In this document: positions 16,195-25,240 of the stretch, piece by piece
Position numbering within the stretch: the first letter of the stretch is position 1
Layout of the letters: each line of letters opens with the position of its first letter
Source: Candidatus Amesbacteria bacterium RBG_19FT_COMBO_48_16
GTDB lineage: Bacteria; Patescibacteriota; Microgenomatia; CAZETR01; Amesbacteraceae
Length of the DNA: 37,502 nucleotides
Assembly: GCA_001775555.1 (NCBI GenBank)
Contig: MEXE01000020.1
Coordinates: forward strand, 1 to 37,502
Reading direction: 5' to 3'
Translations under genes and position numbers: made by a program
The notes under the pieces: model-generated
The model's input: only the letters and a program-made list of their open reading frames with translations
What the model was told of the DNA's origin: nothing
The model's database searches: none

Positions 16195-17820
16195 GTGACT
16201 TCCAAAATTAAAATTGCCTGGTTACATACCCATTTTTTGCTCAACACCGGCGGCACCCGTTATGTGCATGAGGTTGTCTCCCGTCTCAAAAAAGATTTTG
16301 ACATTACTATCTTTGTGGAAAAATCCAATTCTGACTGGAAAGATAAATTCCGTAGCGACGGGATAGAAGTGGTTGAACTTCTGCCTATCTCGTCAAACAG
16401 CCCAATTTACTGGCTGTTTTTCCCCTTTTGGCTGAAATCTAGTCTGGAAAAAATACGCGAGAGAACCCATGGATTTGACATAGTGGTCACCAGCATGTTT
16501 CCCATGAACTGGATCTCCACCCAACTGGGCAAACCCACGGTTCAGATCTGTTTTGAGCCCTTCGCCTTTTTCCACGACCCGATGTTCGTAGCCAGTTTCC
16601 CAAAGCCTAAACAACTTTTTATCCGTCTGATGACGAAGCTGTACGAAAGTGTTGATGTCCGCGGTTCGCAAACCAGCGAGCGTCTGCTGTCCTTAAATGC
16701 CGGGGTGGGGGAGTGGGTGCAAAAACTTTACGGTCGGACTCCTTCCGGTCAAACCGCTATCGGAGTAAATATCGCCCTGTTCAAACCCACTCCCGATGCC
16801 GATCTTCAGGCCAAATATTCCGGGAATAAAGTTATTTTGCATGGCACTGACTACACCGCCATCAAAGGTACCGACTTTTTAATCCGTATGCTCCCGGACG
16901 TGGTCAAAAAACATCCGCGTGTCAAAGTTATCATTACCGAATCCGTCTCCGATTCAGCCGCCAAAGACAAACTTATCGCTCTGGCCCGCCAGCTGGGGGT
17001 CTTGTCCCACCTTGATTTTGTCGGCTCTCTGCCTTACACGGATTTACCTAAATATTACACTTTGGCGGATATTTATGTCTTTACCGGCCATCCCGAAAGC
17101 CGGGGGGCCACCAGCGCCAGTTTGTCAGTTTTGGAGTCTTTAGCCTGCGGTACTCCCGTGGTCAGGGGCATCGGTACCAACGATGAAGTTATCGAAGGCA
17201 AATCCGGATATATTATCGATCCCCGAGATCCCGACAGCTCTGCCCGGGCAATTAATCGGTTGTTGGGAAACCCAAGCTTGGGTAAACGCTTTGGCCGCTG
17301 GGGTCGGCAGTACGTTCTGGAAAACTACACCTGGGATCACGTGGTCAGAAACATTATCGACCAAATATACGTTCTCCTGGATATTCACCAGCTGGGTTTT
17401 GAGCAGGTCAAACATGACAGCCGACTTCTGGGGATGATCTTTCGCCACGACACTCCTATCGACAAACTCAAATTTTTCACCGACGACATGAACCCTTTTC
17501 AGATCGGGATTCACCATCAGCCCGCCGGAGTCAGTCTGATTCCCCACGTTCATCTTTTGGAACACCCCATAACTCTGAACTCCATTCAGGAATTAATCTA
17601 TGTTCAGTCCGGTAAAGTTCGGGTGACTTTTTATTCTCGCCAGGGCAAAGCTCTGTCCGTCTACACTCTCTTCCCCCAGGACTCTGCTTTGTTCATTGCC
17701 GAAGGCCACGGTGTGGATTTTTTGGAAGAAACCCGGCTCTTCATGATCAAGCAGGGTCCCTATCCCGGTACCCAACACGCCAAACTTTACTTGGGAAAAA
17801 AGCCAGATGATTCCCGTTAA
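16195..17820 (+). CDS. GT4 glycosyltransferase fused to a C-terminal cupin-like beta-barrel domain
   Basis: Residues ~1-395 are GT4 (PESRGATSASLSVLESLACGTPVV). The last ~140 aa (PHVHLLEHP...ELIYVQSGKVRVTFY...FIAEGHGVDF) look cupin-like. GTG start. Confidence 0.7.
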   Translation: MTSKIKIAWLHTHFLLNTGGTRYVHEVVSRLKKDFDITIFVEKSNSDWKDKFRSDGIEVVELLPISSNSPIYWLFFPFWLKSSLEKIRERTHGFDIVVTSMFPMNWISTQLGKPTVQICFEPFAFFHDPMFVASFPKPKQLFIRLMTKLYESVDVRGSQTSERLLSLNAGVGEWVQKLYGRTPSGQTAIGVNIALFKPTPDADLQAKYSGNKVILHGTDYTAIKGTDFLIRMLPDVVKKHPRVKVIITESVSDSAAKDKLIALARQLGVLSHLDFVGSLPYTDLPKYYTLADIYVFTGHPESRGATSASLSVLESLACGTPVVRGIGTNDEVIEGKSGYIIDPRDPDSSARAINRLLGNPSLGKRFGRWGRQYVLENYTWDHVVRNIIDQIYVLLDIHQLGFEQVKHDSRLLGMIFRHDTPIDKLKFFTDDMNPFQIGIHHQPAGVSLIPHVHLLEHPITLNSIQELIYVQSGKVRVTFYSRQGKALSVYTLFPQDSALFIAEGHGVDFLEETRLFMIKQGPYPGTQHAKLYLGKKPDDSR

Positions 17821-18934
17821 CGAACCGGTTATTTCTCCCCAGGCCAAAGCAAATGTCAGGGAGGCTCTGGATACCGGCTGGCTCTCTTCCGCCGGGCCTT
17901 TTGTTACCCGGTTTGAGCAGGATTTTGCCCGCTTTTTAGGGGTCAGGCACGCCGTAGCCGTAGCCAACGGTACCGCCGCCTTGCACGTGGCCTTATTGGC
18001 GTTAGGTATAGGACCGGGTGACGAGGTTATCGTTCCGGCTTTCACCATGGCTTCCAGCTGGATGGCGGTGTTGTACACAGGTGCAAAGCCGGTATTTGTG
18101 GACTGCGAACTGGATACCTACAATCTTAACCCGGCTTTAATTGCCAAAGCCGTAACTCCCCGTACCAAAGCCATTATGCCGGTACATATTTACGGCCATC
18201 CGGTAGACATGGATCCGGTACTGACAACAGCCAAAAAACTCGGACTAAAGGTAATTGAAGACGCCGCCGAAGCCCACGGAGCCGAATACAAAGGCCGGTT
18301 GACCGGTACCATGAGTGACATTGCCTGTTTCAGTTTTTATGCCAACAAGATAGTCACCACCGGCGAAGGCGGTATGTTGGTGACCGATAACGCTGCTCTG
18401 GCTCATGCGGCTCGTAAATATATGGATCTGTACCATTCGGATGCCAAGCGTTTCATCCACGAGAAACTGGGTTTCAATTTTCGCCTTACCAACCTCCAGG
18501 CCGCTGTGGGAGTGGGGGAGCTGGCCAACATTAAGCGGTACTTAGCCAAAAAAATCCGCATGGCTAAAAAATACGCCAACGGGTTAAAAAATATTCCCGG
18601 GATTACTCTCCCGCCTCGCCGTCCCTGGGCCAAAAATGTTTACTGGATGTACGCTATTCGGGTAGACCCTGCGAAATTCGGTTTGACCAAGGATGAACTG
18701 CGAATACAGCTAAAAGATCGGGGTATTGACTCCCGGGATTTCTTTTATCCTCCCGATTCCCAGCCGGTGCTGGCCGAATTGGGGGTCAAGCTCGGCTCCT
18801 ACCCCGTCTGCCGCCTGGTTTCCGAAACCGGGCTCTATCTGCCTTCAGGTTTGGCGATTACTGACGCCCAAATCGCTCAAGTCTGCCAAGCCATCCGTGA
18901 AGTTCATAAGCATGCCCGCAAAATCAGAGCTTGA
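17807..18934 (+). CDS. per: DegT/DnrJ/EryC1-family PLP sugar aminotransferase, GDP-perosamine synthase-like
   Basis: Blockwise resemblance to RfbE/Per as I recall it: ALDTGWLSSAGPFV, NGTAALHVALLALGIGPGDEVIVPAFT, AIMPVHIYGHPVDM, VIEDAAEAHGAEYKG. Active-site Lys in FSFYANKIVTTGEGGM. Confidence 0.72.
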   Translation: MIPVNEPVISPQAKANVREALDTGWLSSAGPFVTRFEQDFARFLGVRHAVAVANGTAALHVALLALGIGPGDEVIVPAFTMASSWMAVLYTGAKPVFVDCELDTYNLNPALIAKAVTPRTKAIMPVHIYGHPVDMDPVLTTAKKLGLKVIEDAAEAHGAEYKGRLTGTMSDIACFSFYANKIVTTGEGGMLVTDNAALAHAARKYMDLYHSDAKRFIHEKLGFNFRLTNLQAAVGVGELANIKRYLAKKIRMAKKYANGLKNIPGITLPPRRPWAKNVYWMYAIRVDPAKFGLTKDELRIQLKDRGIDSRDFFYPPDSQPVLAELGVKLGSYPVCRLVSETGLYLPSGLAITDAQIAQVCQAIREVHKHARKIRA

Positions 18935-19559
18935 TCATTCCTGGTATCGGTATTTTCTATTTTTGGCCGCTGATCGTCAGTCGGTAGCTTCCCGACTTTT
19001 GGCCGGAAAGTACGGCCGGGTTTTGGATTTGGGCTGCGGCAACGGCAGTTTCTTGCGGGCCAATCTGGACCGTTTTTCCAAAGGCGAGGGTTTGGATATT
19101 TCCCAACAGAGAATCCTTGCTACTTCCCGCCTGACGAAGTCACCCCGTCTCAAATTCCGGGTCCATGATCTGAATACCCTCTTGCCCTACCGATCGCGTT
19201 CAATTGACCTGGTGGTTTCACTTTCTACTATAGAATATTTAACCGACCCGTATCGCTTCCTGACCGAAATAAAGCGGATCCTCAAGCCGGGTGGGGAGCT
19301 AGTTATTCACACCCTCAACCTGGCCTTTTTCGTCCGCCGGCTGCAGTTGTTGTTCGGTCGTTTGCCCACCTTTAATTCCGCTTCGGGCTGGCAAGGCGGC
19401 ATCATTCATAATTTTACCTGGCCGACTCTGGAAAAATTAATGACCGAAACGGGTTTTATTATCATAAACCGCCGCTGCAGCGGCCTTTTTCCCCGCCTCC
19501 GTCGCTGGTGGCCCAATTTTTTATGCTCAGATATTATCATTCACGCCCACAGAAAATGA
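18912..19559 (+). CDS. Class I SAM-dependent methyltransferase
   Basis: VLDLGCGNGSF motif I, DLVVSLSTIEYL, ILKPGGELVIHT. ATG at 18912 is used; the listed start at 18726 lies inside the aminotransferase. Confidence 0.8.
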   Translation: MPAKSELDHSWYRYFLFLAADRQSVASRLLAGKYGRVLDLGCGNGSFLRANLDRFSKGEGLDISQQRILATSRLTKSPRLKFRVHDLNTLLPYRSRSIDLVVSLSTIEYLTDPYRFLTEIKRILKPGGELVIHTLNLAFFVRRLQLLFGRLPTFNSASGWQGGIIHNFTWPTLEKLMTETGFIIINRRCSGLFPRLRRWWPNFLCSDIIIHAHRK

Positions 19560-20704
19560 ACCGCGCCGTCAAAGTCGTTTTTCTGCACAACGTCATTTCT
19601 CCCCACAACGTTCCGCTATTTAGTTATTTAGCCAAAGCAAAGACTTACCGATTCAAATTTTTGTTTCTTTCGCCTACTGATACCCATCGCCCCTGGACTC
19701 CATCCCTGTCTTACGACTTTGATTACGAAATATTACGAACCATCACCTTCCGCCTGCCGGGTCAGGAACCGTTGCCGCTGTATTTAAATCTCTCCGTCTG
19801 GTCAAAACTTAGGCAGGAAAATCCCGATATTATTGTCATATCCGGCTGGGACCACCCTAGTTACTGGTTGGCCGCAGGTTATGCCCAAGTTTTTGGCAAA
19901 AAATTAGTCCTCTGGTCGGGTAGTACCGCCTCTGAACCCAGCTGGCGTCGCACCCTCACCCTTCCCCTAGTGAAAATGATTATCAAAAGCTGTGCCGCGT
20001 TTGTGGCTTACGGCACTCGGGCCCGGGAATACCTGCTTTCTCTAGGAGCTTCAACCGAAAAAGTCTTCGTCTCTTCCAACACCACCGATATCGATTTTTG
20101 CCGGACAGCACTAACGCTTCGCCGTAAAAGTCAAACCCAGCTCAAAAAAAAGCTGGGATTTTCCGGTCGTACGCTGATTATGTTTTACGGCCAGTTGATT
20201 GATCGTAAGGGCCCTCTGCAGCTGCTGCAAGCTTTTAGCCAATTAGCCGCATCCCATCCTGAGCTGGGTTTAATGCTGGTAGGCAACGGCCCTCTTGCTT
20301 CCCAGCTCCAAGACTACATTCAAAAATCTAACCTCACAAAGCCGGTTCGCCTCTTTCCTTATCCCGGCGAGGAAAAAATCGTCTCTTATTACGCTGCAGC
20401 TGACATTTTTATTCTCCCTTCACGCCAGGAGGTCTGGGGGCTGGTGGTCAATCAAGCCATGGCCGCTGGCCTGCCGGTGATTACTACCGCCCAAACCGGC
20501 GCCTCGGTTGACCTGATTATGCCCGGCCAAAACGGCCTGATCATCCCCGACAATTCCCCAGCTGCCATTGTCTCCGGCATTTCCCAGCTTCTCACAGCCG
20601 ACCTTCAGCGTATGGGTGAAGTTTCCTCCCGTCTCATCCGCCCCTTCCACCCCAGTACCTCCGCCCGCTCCTTTTTAAAAGCATTAGACGCGACAAGTGG
20701 TTAA
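19556..20704 (+). CDS. GT4 glycosyltransferase with a variant EX7E motif
   Basis: LMLVGNGP, ILPSRQEVWGLVVNQAMAAGLPVITT. ATG at 19556 forms an ATGA overlap with the upstream stop. Confidence 0.82.
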   Translation: MNRAVKVVFLHNVISPHNVPLFSYLAKAKTYRFKFLFLSPTDTHRPWTPSLSYDFDYEILRTITFRLPGQEPLPLYLNLSVWSKLRQENPDIIVISGWDHPSYWLAAGYAQVFGKKLVLWSGSTASEPSWRRTLTLPLVKMIIKSCAAFVAYGTRAREYLLSLGASTEKVFVSSNTTDIDFCRTALTLRRKSQTQLKKKLGFSGRTLIMFYGQLIDRKGPLQLLQAFSQLAASHPELGLMLVGNGPLASQLQDYIQKSNLTKPVRLFPYPGEEKIVSYYAAADIFILPSRQEVWGLVVNQAMAAGLPVITTAQTGASVDLIMPGQNGLIIPDNSPAAIVSGISQLLTADLQRMGEVSSRLIRPFHPSTSARSFLKALDATSG

Positions 20705-20711
20705 ATAACTT

Positions 20712-21485
20712 ATGTCTTCACCCCTTATTTCCATCATCACCTGCACCAAAAACTCAGGCCGGTTTTTAGCAGACAACATCGCCTCCGTTTCCGCCCAGAC
20801 ACACCGCGACTTCGAGCATGTTTTTGTCGACGGCGGTTCCACTGACTCCACGCTTACGCTCATCAGCCGATACCGCCGGAAATTCCCCCGTTTAGTAAAA
20901 TTGTTTTCCTCTCCTCCCCGCGGTATTTCCGCCGCCATGAATGTTGGCCTGGTTAAATCCCGGGGAAGATTTCTGATCTATCTTCATTCCGACGATGCGC
21001 TTGCCGGCCCCGACGTTCTGTCGGATACGGCCGCCTTTATTTCCCGTCACCCCCGCCTGGATTGGTTTTACGGCCAAATACAAGTCATTGAAGCAGATGG
21101 CAAACCGGTGGGAGTTTTTCCCCGCCAATGGCTATTGCGGCAGGCTTACCCCCGGCTTCTAAAATTTATTAATTTCATTCCCCATCAGGCCGTGTTTATC
21201 AAAAGGCAGGTTTTAGCCGACTTCGGCGGTTTTGACGCCACCCTGTCTTCCCAGATGGACCTGGATCTCTGGCTGCGCTTGGCTGACTGCTCCCGGTGGC
21301 AATTTTTTCCCCATGTTATATCGCGTTTCCGCATCCACCCGTCGGCTCAGTCCTCGGGCATTTCCCGTTTTGCCCAAAACCAGGCCAACTTTCGCCGCGT
21401 CATACGCCGCCACACCGCCTGGGAATATCCGGTCAGTGTATTGATAGAAAATATTTTCTCCCGATTAAATCCCGTCTTACGTTAA
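20712..21485 (+). CDS. Family 2 glycosyltransferase (DGGSTD subtype)
   Basis: ISIITCTKNSGRFLADNIASV, VFVDGGSTDST, YLHSDDA. Confidence 0.85.
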   Translation: MSSPLISIITCTKNSGRFLADNIASVSAQTHRDFEHVFVDGGSTDSTLTLISRYRRKFPRLVKLFSSPPRGISAAMNVGLVKSRGRFLIYLHSDDALAGPDVLSDTAAFISRHPRLDWFYGQIQVIEADGKPVGVFPRQWLLRQAYPRLLKFINFIPHQAVFIKRQVLADFGGFDATLSSQMDLDLWLRLADCSRWQFFPHVISRFRIHPSAQSSGISRFAQNQANFRRVIRRHTAWEYPVSVLIENIFSRLNPVLR

Positions 21486-21488
21486 TTT

Positions 21489-22217
21489 ATGCACCAGGAG
21501 AGAATTTATTACCGGGTTCTAAAAAAATTATTAAGCGACGGGTTAATCGCCAAAAACGATAGAATTTTAGTCATATGTGCCGGTCGGTTTGACGAGGAGG
21601 TTCTGCACCAGCTGGGATTTACGCGTGTTTTACTGACAGACGCTTCAAAGAGTTGGTCTCCCTCGCATTATAGATTCCGCACCTGTGATGCCCATCGTTT
21701 ACCTTTTGCCGATGCCGGTTTCGATTTCTCGCTTGTTCATGCCGGTCTGCACCATTGCCATTCTCCTCACCTGGCTCTCCTGGAAATGTATCGCGTCGCC
21801 AAAAAAGGAGTTTTGGTATGTGAAGCCCAGGATAATTTATTTACCCGGCTTTTGACCCGGCTGTCACTGGGAGAAAAATATGAATTATCCGCCGTAAAAG
21901 ACAAGCTGGGGGGAGTGGACGGCACCTCGGTGCCAAACTTTATCTACCGCTGGAATAAATGGGAAGTGGAAAAATTTGTCAGATCGTTAGACCCGGCCAA
22001 AAAACCCCGAATTTTATATACTTCCGAGTTTGATTTTCCCAAGTGTTTTAAAAAAACCGGTAAATACAGCCCCAACGCGGCTTTTATCGCCGGTAGTTTT
22101 GCCAAAATTGCCAACCTGCTTTTTCCCCAAGCCGGTAATTCACTGTGTTTTTTTATAGATAAACGTGATCTTAAAATTAACCCCTGGATCGGCAAAAAGG
22201 ATCGCGACTCGTTATAA
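21489..22217 (+). CDS. SAM-dependent methyltransferase-like protein
   Basis: ILVICAGRFDEEVL (divergent motif I) and FDFSLVHAGLHHCHSPHLALLEMYRVAKKGVLVCE. Confidence 0.6.
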   Translation: MHQERIYYRVLKKLLSDGLIAKNDRILVICAGRFDEEVLHQLGFTRVLLTDASKSWSPSHYRFRTCDAHRLPFADAGFDFSLVHAGLHHCHSPHLALLEMYRVAKKGVLVCEAQDNLFTRLLTRLSLGEKYELSAVKDKLGGVDGTSVPNFIYRWNKWEVEKFVRSLDPAKKPRILYTSEFDFPKCFKKTGKYSPNAAFIAGSFAKIANLLFPQAGNSLCFFIDKRDLKINPWIGKKDRDSL

Positions 22218-22224
22218 TTGATCA

Positions 22225-23052
22225 GTGGCTCTACCAGAAATTGTTATCCAGCCCCGCCGCAGTTTATTCTCACTCAATCTGCAGGAAATTTGGCAGTATC
22301 GGGAATTGTTTCTTACTCTGGCTTGGCGGGATATTAAAGTTCGTTATAAGCAAACGGTCTTGGGTGTGATTTGGGCGGTAGTTCAGCCGGTATTAAGCAC
22401 CGTCATCTTCACTGTTTTTTTTGGTCGCCTGGCAGGCATTCCCTCCGGCCAGCTGCCGTATTCGCTGTTTGTGCTAATTGGACTGGTTTTCTGGAATTTC
22501 TTCTCCGGATCATTAATCAGCATCAGCAACAGCCTGGTCGAAAACGAACATATTATAAAAAAAGTCTACTTTCCCAGAATTGTTCTCCCTTTATCCGCAG
22601 TTGTTACCAGCTGTGTGGATTTTTTCATAAATTTGCTGATTCTTTTTGCCTACGCTTTCTATTTGGGCTACCCTCCCCATACCAGTTTAATTATAATTCT
22701 GCCGTTGGCTTTTTTTACTACAATTCTGGCCGCTGCCGGATCAGGCTTGTTTTTTTCCGCTTTAAACGTCAAATACCGTGACGTCCGTTATGCCCTGCCC
22801 TATTTTTTCCAATTGTTAATGTTTCTCACCCCTGTCATTTACTCCTTAAATATCATTTCCGGCCGCAATAGCCTGATTATGGCTGTCAACCCCATGACGT
22901 CGGTCATCGAGTCGGTTCGTATGAGTTTTTCTTCAGACGGTTCCCTCAATCCGGGTCTATTAATTATCTCCGCTTTATCTGTCCTGGGAACATTACTTGT
23001 GGGGCTGTGGTATTTTAATCGCACCGAAAGCCAATTCGCCGATATTGCCTGA
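22225..23052 (+). CDS. wzm: ABC-2 type polysaccharide exporter permease
   Basis: LQEIWQYRELFLTLAWRDIKVRYKQTVLGVIWAVVQP is the typical Wzm/TagG N-terminus. Six hydrophobic segments. GTG start. Confidence 0.88.
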   Translation: MALPEIVIQPRRSLFSLNLQEIWQYRELFLTLAWRDIKVRYKQTVLGVIWAVVQPVLSTVIFTVFFGRLAGIPSGQLPYSLFVLIGLVFWNFFSGSLISISNSLVENEHIIKKVYFPRIVLPLSAVVTSCVDFFINLLILFAYAFYLGYPPHTSLIIILPLAFFTTILAAAGSGLFFSALNVKYRDVRYALPYFFQLLMFLTPVIYSLNIISGRNSLIMAVNPMTSVIESVRMSFSSDGSLNPGLLIISALSVLGTLLVGLWYFNRTESQFADIA

Positions 23053-23058
23053 AAATGT

Positions 23059-24288
23059 ATGCCCCCGATAATTGAAGTTACCCGTCTTTCCAAAACTTAC
23101 CGCCTGGGTGAACGGGTCTCTTATCATGCGCTTCGCGACAGTTTTACTCACCTGCTGCGGCATCCGCTAAAAACTCTCTTCAATCCCCGGCCTGCGGACG
23201 ATCTCTGGGCCTTAAGGGATATCAGTTTCGCGGTTCAGCCCGGAGAGGTGATGGGAATTATTGGCCCCAATGGTGCGGGTAAAAGCACTTTGCTAAAAAT
23301 TCTGAGCCGGATTACCTTGCCCACCTCCGGCCGGGCTGTGTTGCGCGGCCGAATAGCCAGTCTTTTAGAAGTCGGCACCGGTTTTCATCAGGAATTAACT
23401 GGCCGGGAAAACATATATCTCAATGGCGCCATTTTGGGTATGACCAAAAAAGAAATTTCCCGAAAGTTCGCCCAGATCGTGGAATTTTCAGGCGTTAAGC
23501 CGTTTCTGGACACTCCTGTTAAGCATTATTCTTCAGGAATGCGTGTCCGTCTGGCTTTTGCCGTGGCGGCCCACCTCGACCCCGAAATTTTGCTTATAGA
23601 CGAAGTTTTGGCCGTCGGGGACGCCGAGTTTCAAAAAAAGTGTCTCCACAAAATGGAAGATATTGTCAAAGATTCCCGTCGCACTATTCTTTTCGTTTCC
23701 CACAATTTACCGGCTGTCGTCCAATTATGTGCCAGGTCTATCTACCTGGAGGGTGGACGGATCAAGGCTATCGGCAGTACTCCGGAAGTTGTTAACCGTT
23801 ACACAACTAAATATATTTCCCAGGGTAAAGTTGCCCTGGCTGTCGTTTCCGGCAGAAGAGGCTCGGGGAGTCTCCGGCTGAAGAGTTTGGCAATTCGCAA
23901 CCAAAATAACCAAAGTGAAATTCACTCTCTGGATAGGCTGCTTATCACCGCCGAGCTGGATAAAAGCCTCACCTCGCAACAGCATCTCAGACTGGTATTG
24001 GGATTTTACGATCCCTTGGGTGTGGGCTTGTTTCGTCTGGACACCGGATCTCTCTCCGCCGCGAAGCTCAAAGGGAAAAAAGTATTTATCTCCACAGGTA
24101 TTCTTAATCTTACCCCCGTCGAATGCTGGGTCAATTACAGTCTGTTTATAGACGGAATCCTGACCGATCACGCCAAAAAAGCCGCCAGATTTTCCCTTCT
24201 CCCCACGGGTCAGGAATCGGAAACCACCAACCACCAGTTCGCCACCACCATCATCGACCACCAGGTTATTTCCTATGGCCAAAGTTGA
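23059..24288 (+). CDS. wzt: Polysaccharide ABC exporter ATPase with an extra C-terminal ~160-aa domain (Wzt_C/carbohydrate-binding type)
   Basis: Walker A GPNGAGKST, signature YSSGMRVRLAFA, Walker B ILLIDEVLAVGD, H-loop FVSHN. Residues ~250-409 extend beyond the NBD and look beta-rich. Confidence 0.88.
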   Translation: MPPIIEVTRLSKTYRLGERVSYHALRDSFTHLLRHPLKTLFNPRPADDLWALRDISFAVQPGEVMGIIGPNGAGKSTLLKILSRITLPTSGRAVLRGRIASLLEVGTGFHQELTGRENIYLNGAILGMTKKEISRKFAQIVEFSGVKPFLDTPVKHYSSGMRVRLAFAVAAHLDPEILLIDEVLAVGDAEFQKKCLHKMEDIVKDSRRTILFVSHNLPAVVQLCARSIYLEGGRIKAIGSTPEVVNRYTTKYISQGKVALAVVSGRRGSGSLRLKSLAIRNQNNQSEIHSLDRLLITAELDKSLTSQQHLRLVLGFYDPLGVGLFRLDTGSLSAAKLKGKKVFISTGILNLTPVECWVNYSLFIDGILTDHAKKAARFSLLPTGQESETTNHQFATTIIDHQVISYGQS

Positions 24289-25240
24289 CGTCACGGTCAG
24301 TATCGTAAACTTCAGGACTTTCGATCTGACTTCTGCCTGCATAAAATCCGTTTTATCCCGGACTCGGGGTATTGCTTGCGAAGTGATAGTTGTAGACAAC
24401 CATTCCGCAGACGGTTCGGCTGAAAAATTGTCCCGACTTTTTAAAAGTCGCATTACTTTGATTACCAATTCCCATGACGTCGGCTTTGCCGCCGCCAATA
24501 ATCAAGCCCTAAATTTAGCCCGGGGTAAGTATTTCGTCATGCTCAATTCCGACACCCGTCTTCTCAATAATGCTTTTCAAATCCTGGCTGCCTTTATGGA
24601 TCGGAATTCTGATTGCGCAGTTTCCGGCCCGGCTCTGTTTAATCCGGACGGCACTTGCCAAAAGTCATACTCCAATTTTAAAACACCTTTCCAGAGAGCT
24701 TTGTGGGAAATAGCTCCCGCGCTTCAAAGCTTAGGGTTAATGAAAAACCAAAGCGCAGAAATACCATTGGTATTGCCTGCCCACCCCATCCCGGTAGACA
24801 GGCCCAGGGGTGTTTGTTTTTTTGTCAGAGGCAGTTTTGTGGACCGGGTGGGCAAACTGGACGAAGGCTTCTTTATGTATGACGAAGAAGTCGATTGGGC
24901 GTATCGGTTCCAAAAAGCGGGTTACAAAAACTACTTTGTCCCGGATGCCGAAATTCTGCACTATGGCGGAGCCAGTTCAAGAAACCCTATCCTTGCCCAA
25001 ATTCACACTTTGAGTGACTATCGCTATTACCAAAAACATTACGGTCTTTACGCCTCACTGCTTATTCGGGCCTTTGCCCTTGGTGCCAGTTTCCTCTGGC
25101 TGGTCGTATTTACAAAACATCTGTTGCTCAATCAAAAAAGCCGGCTTTCTTCCCCGCTGTCCCGGATCCGTTCCAGTCTGGGTCATGCTCTAATCTTTTC
25201 CCCCCTGATTAATTGGCAGAGCTTAAAACGCGGGACATAA
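24275..25240 (+). CDS. Family 2 glycosyltransferase (WbbL/rhamnosyltransferase-like subtype)
   Basis: VTVSIVNFRTFDLTSACIKSVL, VVDNHSADGS, MLNSDTR, YDEEVDWAYR. Confidence 0.82.
   Translation: MAKVDVTVSIVNFRTFDLTSACIKSVLSRTRGIACEVIVVDNHSADGSAEKLSRLFKSRITLITNSHDVGFAAANNQALNLARGKYFVMLNSDTRLLNNAFQILAAFMDRNSDCAVSGPALFNPDGTCQKSYSNFKTPFQRALWEIAPALQSLGLMKNQSAEIPLVLPAHPIPVDRPRGVCFFVRGSFVDRVGKLDEGFFMYDEEVDWAYRFQKAGYKNYFVPDAEILHYGGASSRNPILAQIHTLSDYRYYQKHYGLYASLLIRAFALGASFLWLVVFTKHLLLNQKSRLSSPLSRIRSSLGHALIFSPLINWQSLKRGT

Noticed and set aside
17140-18078. Two antisense ORFs (141 aa and 161 aa) opposite the GT4-cupin and aminotransferase genes
   Set aside because: The sense frames have strong family signatures, so these are shadow ORFs.
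18726-18911. N-terminal extension of the methyltransferase ORF listed from 18726
   Set aside because: The extension is an off-frame reading of the aminotransferase 3' end. The internal ATG at 18912 gives a normal MTase length. I rejected similar upstream non-ATG starts at 1172 (TTG), 7401 (TTG), 12970 (TTG), 19508 (GTG) and 27967 (TTG) in favour of nearby ATGs that form stop-start overlaps.
22371-22781. 136-aa alternative-frame ORF inside wzm
   Set aside because: Off-frame reading of a well-supported ABC-2 permease gene, with no motifs.
23725-24498. Long (257 aa) minus-strand ORF spanning the 3' part of wzt and the start of the next GT2
   Set aside because: It lies fully antisense to two ORFs with unmistakable family motifs. 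Its translation has no recognisable motif and is Gly/Thr/Val-rich low complexity. This is most likely a shadow ORF.
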